Below the pieces are notes generated by a model, which saw only the letters and a program-made list of their open reading frames with translations, was not told the DNA's origin and ran no database searches. Of a stretch of DNA of 64,000 bases, positions 31,787-41,545 are shown piece after piece. The translations under genes and the position numbers were made by a program. How positions within the stretch are numbered: the first letter of the stretch is position 1; the number at the start of each line of letters is the position of its first letter. Source of the DNA: an uncultured delta proteobacterium. Lineage in GTDB: Bacteria > Myxococcota > Myxococcia > Myxococcales > Myxococcaceae. The DNA is taken from contig CAVYSY010000033.1 in assembly GCA_963771175.1 (NCBI GenBank), forward strand, positions 522,293 through 586,292, written 5' to 3'.

Positions 31787-32431
31787 TCAGGTGTCGCCGG
31801 GGAGGGGGTCGGTGAGGTAGCGCTGCAGGGTGGGGGCGCAGCAGCCCACGAGCACCTCGGTATCGGCACTGGCGAGGGGCTCGATGCACAGGACGAAGCG
31901 GGTCATCGCCAGACCGATGAGGTGGGAGCCGACGAGGGCGGCTCGCAGCTGCGGCTGGGAAAGCCCGAGCGCCGTGGCGACGCGACCGGACACCTGCCGG
32001 GTGATGAACTCACGCATCATCCGGACTGCGGCCTCGTGCCCGCCCGCCGAGCGCAGCAGCGCCACCATCGGGTTGACCGGGTGCATGGACTTCTCCCAGG
32101 AGGCGAGCATGAGCCGGAGGATTCGTTCCCCGAGGCCGGCGACTCCCCCCGCGATCAGCTCCGGGAGGACCTCGGCGGGAACGATCGCCAGTTCCATCGC
32201 CACGGCGAAGAGCCGATCCTTCGACTTGAAGTAGTGCAGCACCAGCGCCGGGTCGACACCGGCCTGGGCGGCGATGCCCCGAATGGTGGCGCTGTCATAC
32301 CCGTGCTCGGTGAACTGCGCCCGTGCCGCGGCCAGGATGGCCTCGCGGTTGGGCGGTGAACCCGAGGGACGACCCCTCTGCCCTCTTCCGGTCTTCGGAC
32401 TCCGGGCCCCCCGGCTCCTACGCGACGTCAT
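31787..32431 (-). CDS. TetR-family transcriptional regulator
   Basis: ILAAARAQF..HGYDSATIRGIAAQAGVDPALVLHYF HTH. Confidence 0.92.
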   Translation of the reverse strand: MTSRRSRGARSPKTGRGQRGRPSGSPPNREAILAAARAQFTEHGYDSATIRGIAAQAGVDPALVLHYFKSKDRLFAVAMELAIVPAEVLPELIAGGVAGLGERILRLMLASWEKSMHPVNPMVALLRSAGGHEAAVRMMREFITRQVSGRVATALGLSQPQLRAALVGSHLIGLAMTRFVLCIEPLASADTEVLVGCCAPTLQRYLTDPLPGDT

Positions 32432-32452
32432 CGGGACCACCCTCTCTCCACT

Positions 32453-32521
32453 TCAACGCGTGTTGACATCTTGTCATGTCGTTCGTAGGAAGCGCCGCAC
32501 CTGGATATCAACATGTGTTGA
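32453..32521. promoter_or_regulatory. Two TCAAC-N4-GTTGA palindromes (candidate TetR operators) at 32453-32466 and 32508-32521
   Basis: TCAACGCGTGTTGA and TCAACATGTGTTGA in the divergent tetR/PAP2 spacer. Confidence 0.65.
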
Positions 32522-32637
32522 ACCAGGATGCTTCCCTGGCCGGGGGGAGACCCGAGTCCGTGCCGCGCTCGGCGCTATTCGGGCGCGAACAACGGACAGC
32601 ACGAGAGGTATTCACTTTGAGTGCTTCACGAAGGCCC

Positions 32638-33621
32638 ATGCTGTCCTGGCACACTGGTTTCTGTGCGGTCCTGCTCCTGTTGCTGGCCCCCCTGGCGCAT
32701 GCACAACCCGTGGAAGAGGAGCCCCGCGACGAATCGGCGCAGGTGCCGGACAATGAGGGGAGCGGCGGCCCGGGCGGCGCCTCGATTCCGTCCCCTCCGC
32801 ACGCGCCGGGCGGCAGGGTCCAGCCCGGGCTCTTTCTCGGTGACGAGTTCCGTTATGGGAACAAGGTCCTTCCCCTGCGGGTGCTCGCCGATCTCGTCGC
32901 CATCCCGGCGGGAATGGCGCGCTGGGAGGCACCCGACTGGGCGACCTTCTCCCTGGTGACGCTCGCGACGGGCGTGTTGATGCTCCCGCTCGACCATCCG
33001 CTGGATGCGCGCCTCCAGGACTCCCTCCACGAGGCGCTCGGGCCGGATCGCTTCAAGATCTGGACGCCGATGGGGGACGTGCTCGTCCACGCGGGGCTCT
33101 GGGGCACGATGGCGGGTGTTCTCGCCTGGGGGCTGCTGAAGGATGACGCGCGAGCCGTGCAACTGGTGTCGCTGACGATCGAGGCCTTCGCGGTGACGCA
33201 GGCCTTCCACCTCACCTTCAAGCTGCTGCTGGGCCGCGAGGGGCCGAGGAATGGCGAGGGGCTCGGCCGCGTCTTCGGACCCACCGCGTCGCTGAAGCTC
33301 TTCCCGGCGGGCACGCCCTCGGGCCACGTGTCCAGCCTCTACGCGATGATGGGCGTGGCGACGGCTTATCTGGACAACCTGCCACTCACGCTGGCGCTGC
33401 ACGCCTTCGGGCTCGTCTTCGCGACCACCATCGTCACGGATGACTACCACTTCCTCTCCGATGTCATCTGGGGCGCGGCCATGGGGTACGCCATCGGCCA
33501 GTGGGTGGTCCACCACCGCGCATCCCGGAACGGAGCGCCAGCGAAGAGCGGACCCCTGTTCATGGTGGTGCCGATGCTGTCACCGCAGGGCACGGGGCTG
33601 GCTGCTGGTTTCCGCTTCTGA
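32638..33621 (+). CDS. PAP2-family phosphatase (membrane/exported)
   Basis: KLLLGREGP, PSGH, HFLSDV motifs; N-terminal signal. Confidence 0.85.
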   Translation: MLSWHTGFCAVLLLLLAPLAHAQPVEEEPRDESAQVPDNEGSGGPGGASIPSPPHAPGGRVQPGLFLGDEFRYGNKVLPLRVLADLVAIPAGMARWEAPDWATFSLVTLATGVLMLPLDHPLDARLQDSLHEALGPDRFKIWTPMGDVLVHAGLWGTMAGVLAWGLLKDDARAVQLVSLTIEAFAVTQAFHLTFKLLLGREGPRNGEGLGRVFGPTASLKLFPAGTPSGHVSSLYAMMGVATAYLDNLPLTLALHAFGLVFATTIVTDDYHFLSDVIWGAAMGYAIGQWVVHHRASRNGAPAKSGPLFMVVPMLSPQGTGLAAGFRF

Positions 33622-33672
33622 GCGGGCGCGCCGCGAGCCCCAGCCCGGCCCGCCGCTCAGGTGGGCAGGTTC

Positions 33673-35127
33673 TCAGCGGCGGTACTCGAGCCCGGCCAGC
33701 GCCAGCCAGTTCTTGTAGTTCCAGTCGACGTCGTAGGCGCGGCTGCGCGGGAAGCTCCCGGGGACGTAGCTCGGGAAGTTCGTCTTGCTCACCACCCACC
33801 GCCCCTCCAGCTTCACCGACAGCTCCGGCCGAAGCGCGAAGCGCAGCTCCCCCCCCACGACGCCGCGCCGATCAACACGGCGATCTCCGAAGGTCAGCGG
33901 CGGGTGGCCAGGGCCCTCCACATAGCTGTTCTCCCCGTAGCGCCGCAGCCAGACCTCGGCGGTGGCCTGGAGCGACACCCGCTCCATCGGCGAGTACGCC
34001 ACCCGCAGCTCCGGGTGGTGCCCGGTATAGGAGTAGTAGCCCTGAAATCGATCCTCGACGAGCTCGAAGCCATAGCCCGCCTCCACCTCGAGGCGCCTCT
34101 GGAACAGCCAGAGCTTCCCCCCCAGGGAGGGCTCTCCCCCGAGGAAGGACTGCAGCGGATTGGGCGGAAGCCCCCCGGGCCCCGCGTGCGTCTGCCCCGT
34201 ACCTGCATCACGGCCGAAGAGGAACGAGTCCTGGCGGGCGAACCCACGGACTCCCGCCATCAACCGAAAGCCCTTGCCCACATAGCGCCAGCCCAGCTCC
34301 AGCGCATGCTCCGTGTGGTCCAGGGGCGTCAGGTGCATCGGCTCCTCGATGGGCTCGAAGGTCGGGTCCGCCGCGTAGTCCGCGAGCACGTAGCGGTAGC
34401 TCAGGCGGAGGCGGTGGCGCCGAATGGGAGTGCCCACGAGCTCCACTCCCAACCGTTGGTCCAGGTGGCTCGCGCGCGAGGTCGGCGCGAAGCCGCCGCC
34501 GGCCAGGGGCTGGTACAAGTCCGGCCAGCCGGGCCGCCAGAACCCGGAGAGCCCGCCTTCCACCGAGACCTTCAAGCGGCGGCTCTGCTTCCACGTCAGC
34601 TCGAGGCCGCCGTTCCCCAGGGTCTCTGACAACGAGGCCCCCAACGTCTGACGGTGCGAGAGGCGGAGCGGGAGCCGCAGGAGGAGGTCCCCGTACCGAG
34701 CCGTGGAAATGGCGGCGACCTCCGCGACGATGAGCGCTCCCCTATCCTTGCGGACCTGCAAGCCCTGGAAGGCCCCCGCGGAGAGGTTGGCCCTGAGTCG
34801 GACGCCGAGCCCAGGCCCGCCAGGCACCTCATCCGGGTCGCCGGGCTCGTCGGCCTCGGGGGGCGGCGCCTCGGGAGCGCCCGCGCGGGCGGACTCGTCC
34901 GAGGCGCCGGGCGTTTGAGAAGGCACATCGGCCGGGGCAGGCGCAGCGGCCTTCTTTTTCTTCTTCTTCTTTCGCTTCTGCTCCCCGTTGCCCGAGGACG
35001 AGGCAGGAGGCTCCTGCCCGTCCTCGGGCTGCACTTCCGGAGACAGCGGGGCGCGAATCTCCTGGGCTTGCCCCTGGGAAGGGGTGAGCAGGAGCACCGC
35101 CACGAGAGCCAGCAGCCACCGCGTCAT
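33673..35127 (-). CDS. Secreted protein, probable outer-membrane beta-barrel
   Basis: Signal peptide MTRWLLALVAVLLL..., low-complexity linker, alternating amphipathic strands, ends LAGLEYRR. Confidence 0.6.
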   Translation of the reverse strand: MTRWLLALVAVLLLTPSQGQAQEIRAPLSPEVQPEDGQEPPASSSGNGEQKRKKKKKKKAAAPAPADVPSQTPGASDESARAGAPEAPPPEADEPGDPDEVPGGPGLGVRLRANLSAGAFQGLQVRKDRGALIVAEVAAISTARYGDLLLRLPLRLSHRQTLGASLSETLGNGGLELTWKQSRRLKVSVEGGLSGFWRPGWPDLYQPLAGGGFAPTSRASHLDQRLGVELVGTPIRRHRLRLSYRYVLADYAADPTFEPIEEPMHLTPLDHTEHALELGWRYVGKGFRLMAGVRGFARQDSFLFGRDAGTGQTHAGPGGLPPNPLQSFLGGEPSLGGKLWLFQRRLEVEAGYGFELVEDRFQGYYSYTGHHPELRVAYSPMERVSLQATAEVWLRRYGENSYVEGPGHPPLTFGDRRVDRRGVVGGELRFALRPELSVKLEGRWVVSKTNFPSYVPGSFPRSRAYDVDWNYKNWLALAGLEYRR

Positions 35128-35143
35128 CCGCAGACTCCTGCGC

Positions 35144-36115
35144 CTAGCAGCCCTTGCCCGCTTTGTAGGACTGGGCCTGCGTGAGGTACGGGCTCGCGGG
35201 GAACTTCGTCTGCAGCTCGGTGTAGGTCGAGTTGGCCGAGGCGCAGTTGCCCTGATCGGCGTAGATGCGAACCTCGTAATAGAGGGCATTGTCCGCGTAC
35301 TGGCTCGTCGAATAGGTGGTGACCACGCCCTTGAAGTCGGTCAGTGCATCGGGGAGCTGCGTCAGGCCGTAGTGGCACCGCCCCACGTAGTACTGCGCGT
35401 CATCGGCGTAGATGGAGCCCGCCGTCTGGAAGACGCGCTGGAAGGGACCGACGGCCGAGGCGTAGTCCTTTCGATCGAAGTAGCTGCGCCCCAGGTAGTA
35501 GCGGACGTTGTCCACGTAGCTGCTGCTCGGGAAGGCCGTCTCCGCCTTCGTCAGCTCGGTCGCGGCGCCCGGCAGGTCCCCGAGCTCGTAGAGGCAGCGT
35601 CCCAGGAAGTACTGGGCATTGTCCGCGAACACACCTTGGGGAGCCGCCTGGAGCGCGGCCTGGAAGTCCGCTTTCGCGCCCGTGAAGTCGTTGAGCTGGT
35701 ACCGCGAGCGCCCGGTGAAGTACGCCGCCGAGTGGAAGAAGGGAGACGTGGGGTAGAGTTCCCGCATCTGCATCAGCGTGGTGATGGCCCCGTTGTAGTC
35801 CACCAGCTCGTACCGGCAGCGCCCCGCGAGATAGGCGGCATTGTCTCGACGGGGAGAGTCCGGGAACTTCTGCACCAGCTCGTCCAACTTCGCCTGGGCC
35901 GTCGCGTAGTCGGGGATGTTGTACGCGGTGAGCCCCTCCTGGAAGAGCACCTCGTCCGGAGCGCTCGGGTCGATGGGGCTTGGAGAGCCCGGGGCAATGG
36001 GGCTCGTGTCCCCTCCGCAGGCGGCCACTGACATGAGCAGGCCGCTGCAGACGAGAAGGAGCGCGAAGCCTCTCCAAGGAGCGAGGGAGAGGGAAGAAAA
36101 GCGGGGGATTGGCAT
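35144..36115 (-). CDS. TPR-repeat lipoprotein (BamD/CpoB-like repeats)
   Basis: Lipobox VAAC; repeated (A)DNA.Y..GR..Y units; AGGAG RBS before ATG 36115. Confidence 0.85.
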   Translation of the reverse strand: MPIPRFSSLSLAPWRGFALLLVCSGLLMSVAACGGDTSPIAPGSPSPIDPSAPDEVLFQEGLTAYNIPDYATAQAKLDELVQKFPDSPRRDNAAYLAGRCRYELVDYNGAITTLMQMRELYPTSPFFHSAAYFTGRSRYQLNDFTGAKADFQAALQAAPQGVFADNAQYFLGRCLYELGDLPGAATELTKAETAFPSSSYVDNVRYYLGRSYFDRKDYASAVGPFQRVFQTAGSIYADDAQYYVGRCHYGLTQLPDALTDFKGVVTTYSTSQYADNALYYEVRIYADQGNCASANSTYTELQTKFPASPYLTQAQSYKAGKGC

Positions 36116-36162
36116 TGTCGATACTCCTGTCATTGCTTGCTGCGATCCGGCCCTGGAAAAGT

Positions 36163-38094
36163 TCAAGGAGGAGTAGCCTGGGCAGAGACCGTGGCGCACT
36201 TGCCCAGGAGTCCCTGGAGGCGCTCGTCGGTGGGGGCCTCGGCGCGCAACGCCTGGGCCCGTTGGCGGCAACCCTCCCCATCCCCCTGCCGCCCAAGGAT
36301 CTCCGCCAGGGCGATGCGCGCGCCCAGATCCCCTGGCCGCAGATCCAGCAGGTCCTCGTAGGCACGCCGGGACTCGGCCAGGTGGCCCTCCAGCAGCTCG
36401 AGCTCTCCGAGCTTGCGCTGGCTGAGGAGGTGCTCACTGTCGACGGTGAGTGCCTGGCGCAGCGCCTCGAGGGCCTCCGTGCGCTTGCCCTCCGCCTCGA
36501 GCGCGAGCCCCAGGTTGTACCAGGCCGAGGCGTACCGGGGGGCCAGGGTGACCAGCTTCCGGTAGGTGGCCAGCGCCTCCGCGCGCTGACCTGAGCGGAC
36601 ATGGGCCACGCCCAGGTTCAGCATCGCCCGCGTATAGCTGGGGCGCGCCTTCAGCGCCCCCTGGTAGGCGGGGATGGCGTCCGCGTACTTCCCCTGGCGG
36701 GAGAACAGCTCTCCCAGGTTGTACCAGGCCGAGGCGTAGGAGGCGTCCAGCTCGATGGCCTTGCGGTACGCCGCCTGGGCCTCGACCAGCCGCCCGGCGT
36801 CGGCATGGAGCCCGCCCAGGTTGTTGTACGCGGCGCGGTAGTCGGGGCGCAGCTTCAGCGCCTCTTCGTAGGCTTGCTGCGCCTTGTCCGGATGGCCCTC
36901 GCTCTTCTCCAGCAGCCCGAGGTTCAGCCAGGCCTCCGGGTAGTTCCCCTTCGCGCGGGAGATGGCCTCCCGATAGTGCTGACGTGCCTGATCCGCGCGA
37001 TCGTCCCGATCCGCCACGAGCGCGGCGAGGAAGTGGTGCTCGGGCACGTCGGGCGCATCCTGAAGCAGACGCTCCGCCTCGAGGCGCGCCCGGGTGAAGT
37101 CCCGCCGCTCCAGCGCGATGCGGATCAGACGTCGGCGCACGTAGCGGTAGCCCGGGTCGAGCTGGAGCGCCCGCTCGTAGGCGGCCACCGCGGCCGGATT
37201 GTCGCCCTGGCGCTCGTACGCCCGCCCGAGCGCGCTGTGGACGGTGGCCAGGTCCGGGGCGAGCTCCGCCGTGCGCTGCAACATCACCATCGCGCGATCC
37301 AGGTCTTCCTTCTGTCCGCTCTCCAGATAGGCGCGGGCAGTGCCCAGCCGGACCTCGACCCGGGCGGGCGCGAAGAGGATGGCCTGCTCGAAGGCATGGG
37401 TAGCCTCCTCCCGCTGCCTGGCCGCGAGGTAGGCCGCGCCCAGGGACACCAGGGCGCTCGCGCGCTCCTCGTTGCCTCCCGAGGCGGCGGCGGTCTTCAG
37501 CTCCGCGATGGCCTCCGCGAGAGCGCCCCGCTTGTGGAGGATGCTCCCCAGCGTCATGCGCGCCGCGCGATACGAGGGCCGGCGCTCCAGCAGCGCGCGG
37601 AGCTCCTTCTCGGCGCCCGCGACATCTCCCGTGGCGCTCCGGGCCCTCGCCAGGTCGAGCGAGAACCGCGGGACCTCGGGCTTGAGCGCCGTGGCGCGCT
37701 CGAGGTGGGGCAGGGACTCCTGAGGCCGGCGGGCGGCGAGCAGCCACGCACCCACCTCCCCGCGGAGGGGTGCCGAGTCCGGGTGCGCGGAGACGACCTG
37801 GGCGAACAGCCGCAGCGCCTCATCGAAGTCGGCCCGGAGCGCCGCCAGCCTCGCGCGGGCGTGGGTCTCGTCCAGCGGTGGGAAGGCCTCCGCCGCCTCC
37901 GAGGCGTCCCCGGCCGCAGGAGCCCCGTCGTCGTCCCGCTCTCCCGAGGCCAGGGCATCCTCTTTGCGGATCTCGATGACCACCGTCTGGTTTCCTCGCT
38001 GCCGCGCGTACTCCTCCAGCGCGAGGGCGCCGGCCACGAGCGCGACCAGCCCCACCAGCAGTGGCCAGAGCCTGTCCAGTACCAGCCGGTTCAT
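36163..38094 (-). CDS. Membrane-anchored multi-TPR protein
   Basis: N-terminal TM helix; many AW.NLG / A..NLG TPR units; start overlaps upstream stop. Confidence 0.88.
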   Translation of the reverse strand: MNRLVLDRLWPLLVGLVALVAGALALEEYARQRGNQTVVIEIRKEDALASGERDDDGAPAAGDASEAAEAFPPLDETHARARLAALRADFDEALRLFAQVVSAHPDSAPLRGEVGAWLLAARRPQESLPHLERATALKPEVPRFSLDLARARSATGDVAGAEKELRALLERRPSYRAARMTLGSILHKRGALAEAIAELKTAAASGGNEERASALVSLGAAYLAARQREEATHAFEQAILFAPARVEVRLGTARAYLESGQKEDLDRAMVMLQRTAELAPDLATVHSALGRAYERQGDNPAAVAAYERALQLDPGYRYVRRRLIRIALERRDFTRARLEAERLLQDAPDVPEHHFLAALVADRDDRADQARQHYREAISRAKGNYPEAWLNLGLLEKSEGHPDKAQQAYEEALKLRPDYRAAYNNLGGLHADAGRLVEAQAAYRKAIELDASYASAWYNLGELFSRQGKYADAIPAYQGALKARPSYTRAMLNLGVAHVRSGQRAEALATYRKLVTLAPRYASAWYNLGLALEAEGKRTEALEALRQALTVDSEHLLSQRKLGELELLEGHLAESRRAYEDLLDLRPGDLGARIALAEILGRQGDGEGCRQRAQALRAEAPTDERLQGLLGKCATVSAQATPP

Positions 38095-38993
38095 GCCGAG
38101 AGCCTCCGCAGTGCCTTGCCGAGCCCGGAGCCATGGACGTTCTGGATCTCCAGCCCCGGGCGAGCGTTGATCTCCAGCACGAGCGGGCCCCGCTCCTGAT
38201 CGAGCACGATGTCCACGCCCAGGTACCCGAGCGGCACCGCGCCCGCCGCGCCCCGCGCCACCTCGAGGACGCGCTCCCAGTCCGGCACCTGCAGGCCCAG
38301 CAGGGGCGTCCCCGACTCGGGGTGGCGCTCGATAGGCATCCCATGGTGGAGGGCGCGGTGGGTCCGCCCCGTCTCCAGCTCGAGGGCGATGCCCAGCCCC
38401 CCCTGGTGCAGGTTGGCGCGGCCGCCGGACTCGGCGGTGGGGACACGGATCATCGACATCACCGGCTGGGCGTGGAGGGTGATGACGCGGATGTCGCAGA
38501 GCCCATCCGCCCACAGGGTCTGGAAGAACGCGTGCGGCACGATGCGCCGCTCGACGAAGGCGCGATCCTCGAGGCTCTTCGAGTAGACGCCGAAGACGAT
38601 GTCCGCCAGGTGCCGCTGGAGCTGGGACGAGGTGATCGTCGCCCCGCCCGCCTTGCGCCACACCCCGGGCTCCAGGCGCTCGCCGACCACGAGGATGCCC
38701 TGCCCCCCGCCGCCGCTGGCGGGCTTGACGACGAAGTGCTCCTTCTCCAGGAGCGCCTCCACGGTGGAGGGGACCGCGTAGAGCCCATCGCAGACCGCCA
38801 GCGTCTCCGGTGCGGGCACCCCGGCCGCCGCGAACCGCTCCTTGGCCAGGAGCTTGTCGTCCGCGAGCGGGAAGTCCCGGCGCGGGTTGTTCGGGTACAC
38901 GAGCATGACGTTGCGCTGGTTGATGCCCACCAGTTCCTCGCGCCGGGCCTGGAGCTGGGCGAGGGACTCACGCAAGCGGGAGAGCCACTTCAT
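38091..38993 (-). CDS. ATP-grasp ligase (alpha-L-glutamate ligase-like / sugar-transfer-associated type)
   Basis: GINQRN, ADDKL, FVVKPASGGGGQGI, DIRVI, ANLHQGG, YLGVDIV, LEINARPGLEIQNV. Confidence 0.9.
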   Translation of the reverse strand: MKWLSRLRESLAQLQARREELVGINQRNVMLVYPNNPRRDFPLADDKLLAKERFAAAGVPAPETLAVCDGLYAVPSTVEALLEKEHFVVKPASGGGGQGILVVGERLEPGVWRKAGGATITSSQLQRHLADIVFGVYSKSLEDRAFVERRIVPHAFFQTLWADGLCDIRVITLHAQPVMSMIRVPTAESGGRANLHQGGLGIALELETGRTHRALHHGMPIERHPESGTPLLGLQVPDWERVLEVARGAAGAVPLGYLGVDIVLDQERGPLVLEINARPGLEIQNVHGSGLGKALRRLSA

Positions 38994-40591
38994 GACGGGC
39001 TCCCCTGGAAGAGCAGGCGCCGGAAGCGCCGGTACTCCAGCAGCCGCACGCCCACCCAGCGCCCCAGGTAGACGTTGGCGGCCACCACCAGCAGCAGGAT
39101 CTCCGGGAAGCCGATGACCAGCACCTGCAGCGCCAGCGAGTTCATCACCACGTAGCAGGCGAGCATGACGAAGAGCGTGCCGCCCAGCTCCTTGATGGCC
39201 GTCGTCGTGCCCTGCTCGGTGAGGGAGAGGTAGAAGCGCTCGGCGGTGATGGCCAGCACGGCGATGGGAAAGAACGTGACGTGCGCCAGCGCCATCAGCC
39301 CGACGTGCTCGGCCAGCAGGCTGGTGCCGAGCAGGGTCAGGGTGACGACCGCGCAGCAGGATGGCCAGCGTCGGAGAGTGGAGCAGCTCCAGCCGCTGGA
39401 TCGCCCAGCGCACCAGCGCGACCACCACCACGACGATGAGCACCCCGACGACGCCCCAGAGCGCCCCGGTCTCGCCGGCGCGCCGCGGCGATCAGCGCGG
39501 GCAGGAAGGTGCCGAAGGTGGGCAGCCCGATCACGTTGCGGAACAGGACGACGACCAGCGCGCCGATCGGCAGCATGAGGATGGTGCGCAGCAGCGAGAA
39601 AGACAGCCCCATCCGCTCGAAGAGCGCCCACACGTTGAAGAGCTTGAACGAGGCCTTCGCCTTGGGCGAGGGCACGAGCTGGGACGTGACCTCGAAGCGG
39701 TAGTCGAAGTTGATGTCGGAGGTGTGGCGGAAGAGGGCCTCGTCGCCGTAGTAGAGGGTGAGGTAGCGCTCGGGCAGCTCCGCGAAGTGGTTGTTGGTCG
39801 GGCAGAACGGCACCCAGTGCCCGGCGACGTAGGCCTCGACCCACTGGTGCGAGGTCTTCTTCGTGCCCGGCTCCAGGATGAGCCCGCCGACCAGCCGCGC
39901 CGGGATGCCCGCCGCGCGCGCCAGCGCCACGAAGAGCCGGCTCTTGCCGTTGCAGCTGGCCTCGCCGAGCCGCAGCGCGGTGAGCGCGTCCGTCGTGCCC
40001 TTGAAGGGCGCTCGGCGTGAGCCCGGAGGTCAGGTCGTAGATGCGCCGCAGCCGCTCCAGCACGGTGCCCCGGTCGGCGCCGATCCGCGCCAGGGCGGCG
40101 GCGATCTCCGGGGCGTCGACCTGGATCTCCTTCTCCGGCCGCAGGAAGGAGGAGACCGACGCGGGGTAGGTCTCCGGCACGGAAAGCCCAGAAGGGATGC
40201 GGAACTGGAGCGCGGAGGGCAGCACCTTGAAGCTGTAGCGGACGGGAGTCCCGTCCGGCACGTTGGCGCCCGTCCACGTGGCCTGCCGGTTCATGCCCTC
40301 CAGGCGCTGGTCGAAGTGGAGCCCCGGAGCCTGGTTCTCTTCCTGGCTGATCTGCTGGTGCGTATCCGAGGCGGGAAGGAACGTCCTCACCCGGACGTCC
40401 TCTCCATGCCCGTCGAACTCCAGCGCGTAGGTGACGTGGTAGCTCGTCAGCGGCAGGGTGTCTCGCAGCGAGTACCCCAGCGCCCGGACCTTGTAGAGCA
40501 CCATGCCGCCCACGATGCACACGAGGAGGGCCCCGGTGAGCATCAGCTTCGTCCCGTGACTGAGTGGTGGCTTCTTCATGGGCATGAACAT
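38990..40591 (-). CDS. Transglutaminase-like domain fused to 7TM region; three apparent +1 frameshifts (~40012, ~39481, ~39354)
   Basis: Joined frames: GEASCNGKSRLFVALARAAGIPARLVGG, SHQWVEAY, RNVIGLPTFGTFLPALI, FFPIAVL..TAERF, GVRLLEYRRF. Confidence 0.82.
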   Translation of the reverse strand: MFMPMKKPPLSHGTKLMLTGALLVCIVGGMVLYKVRALGYSLRDTLPLTSYHVTYALEFDGHGEDVRVRTFLPASDTHQQISQEENQAPGLHFDQRLEGMNRQATWTGANVPDGTPVRYSFKVLPSALQFRIPSGLSVPETYPASVSSFLRPEKEIQVDAPEIAAALARIGADRGTVLERLRRIYDLTSGLTPSALQGHDGRAHRAAARRGQLQRQEPALRGAGARGGHPGAAGRRAHPGAGHEEDLAPVGRGLRRRALGAVLPDQQPLRGAARALPHPLLRRRGPLPPHLRHQLRLPLRGHVPARALAQGEGLVQALQRVGALRADGAVFLAAAHHPHAADRRAGRRPVPQRDRAAHLRHLPARADRRGAPARPGRSGASSGCSSSWWWSRWCAGRSSGWSCSTLRRWPSCCAVVTLTLLGTSLLAEHVGLMALAHVTFFPIAVLAITAERFYLSLTEQGTTTAIKELGGTLFVMLACYVVMNSLALQVLVIGFPEILLLVVAANVYLGRWVGVRLLEYRRFRRLLFQGSPS

Positions 40592-40792
40592 CGAGATGAC
40601 CCATGCCCATGGGGATCGGCCACCGGGCTCGTCGAAGCTCTCGATGGAGCGCCCCTGAGCGCCGGGGCGGCGGGCCCGCGTCGTGATGGTTGAGCCTCAT
40701 ACCGATGGCGGTGCTGGAGGTGTCGAAGGGGGGCGGAGTGAGGGTCTCCGCCTCGTGCTCGCGCTCCCGCCACCCTGTTGCATTTGACGGCT

Positions 40793-40809
40793 GGGGCATG
40801 TTGATTGCG
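40793..40809 (+). promoter_or_regulatory. Candidate sigma-54 promoter
   Basis: GGGCATG-TTGA-TTGC with exact GG-N10-GC spacing, ~70 bp before the DUF3060 start. Confidence 0.5.
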
Positions 40810-40878
40810 TCCTCGGCGGAGGCCGACTCCGGCCTTCGTGACACATGTCCCAGGCTCTCGTCCTGGGGGAGGAATGCC

Positions 40879-41418
40879 ATGTCGAAGTTCATTCGAGGAA
40901 CGGTGCTGTCGGGTGTGGTCGCGAGTCTCCTGCTGGTTCCGACCATGGGAGCGGCGCAGGGCGGCACGTCCGTGAAAGTGGGCAAGGACGGAAGCGTCGA
41001 GGTGAAGACGGGCAACACGTCGGTGAAGGCCGACGGGTCCGGCGTGGACACCCGGACGGGTGGCACCGTGGTGGAGGCGCGGGACACCGAGGTGGAGGCG
41101 CAGGACGAGGACGAACAGGACGGGGAGGAGACGGCCGGCGCGCAGCTTGAGATCTCCAGCACGGGCAACACCGAGACGCACCGCTGCTCGCCGAAGACGG
41201 AGGTAGACATCAGCGGCAGCGAGAACGAGATCACGCTGACGGGTGAGTGCAAGAGCGTGAGCGTGAGCGGCGCCTCCAACAAGGTGAAGGTGGAGGCCGT
41301 CGGCACCATCACCGTGGTGGGCAGCGGCAACGAGGTGCTCTGGAAGAAGGGCGTGGGCGGCAAGAAGCCCAAGGTGAGCCGCACGGGCGTCAACAACAAG
41401 GTGGCGAAGGCGCGCTGA
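40879..41418 (+). CDS. Secreted DUF3060-like protein
   Basis: Signal peptide; repeated V.(I/V).G..N.(V/I) units, GECKSVSVSG. Confidence 0.75.
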   Translation: MSKFIRGTVLSGVVASLLLVPTMGAAQGGTSVKVGKDGSVEVKTGNTSVKADGSGVDTRTGGTVVEARDTEVEAQDEDEQDGEETAGAQLEISSTGNTETHRCSPKTEVDISGSENEITLTGECKSVSVSGASNKVKVEAVGTITVVGSGNEVLWKKGVGGKKPKVSRTGVNNKVAKAR

Positions 41419-41545
41419 GCGCTAGTGCACGTTGCCGGCGGGCTCGGGGCGGAGTCCCGGGCCGGACCTCCGGGAGTCGGTTAACCTCTCGGCCCGCGTC
41501 CGGCTCTGGACGCCGTTTCCACCTCCATCCAGGACACGCCCGCCC

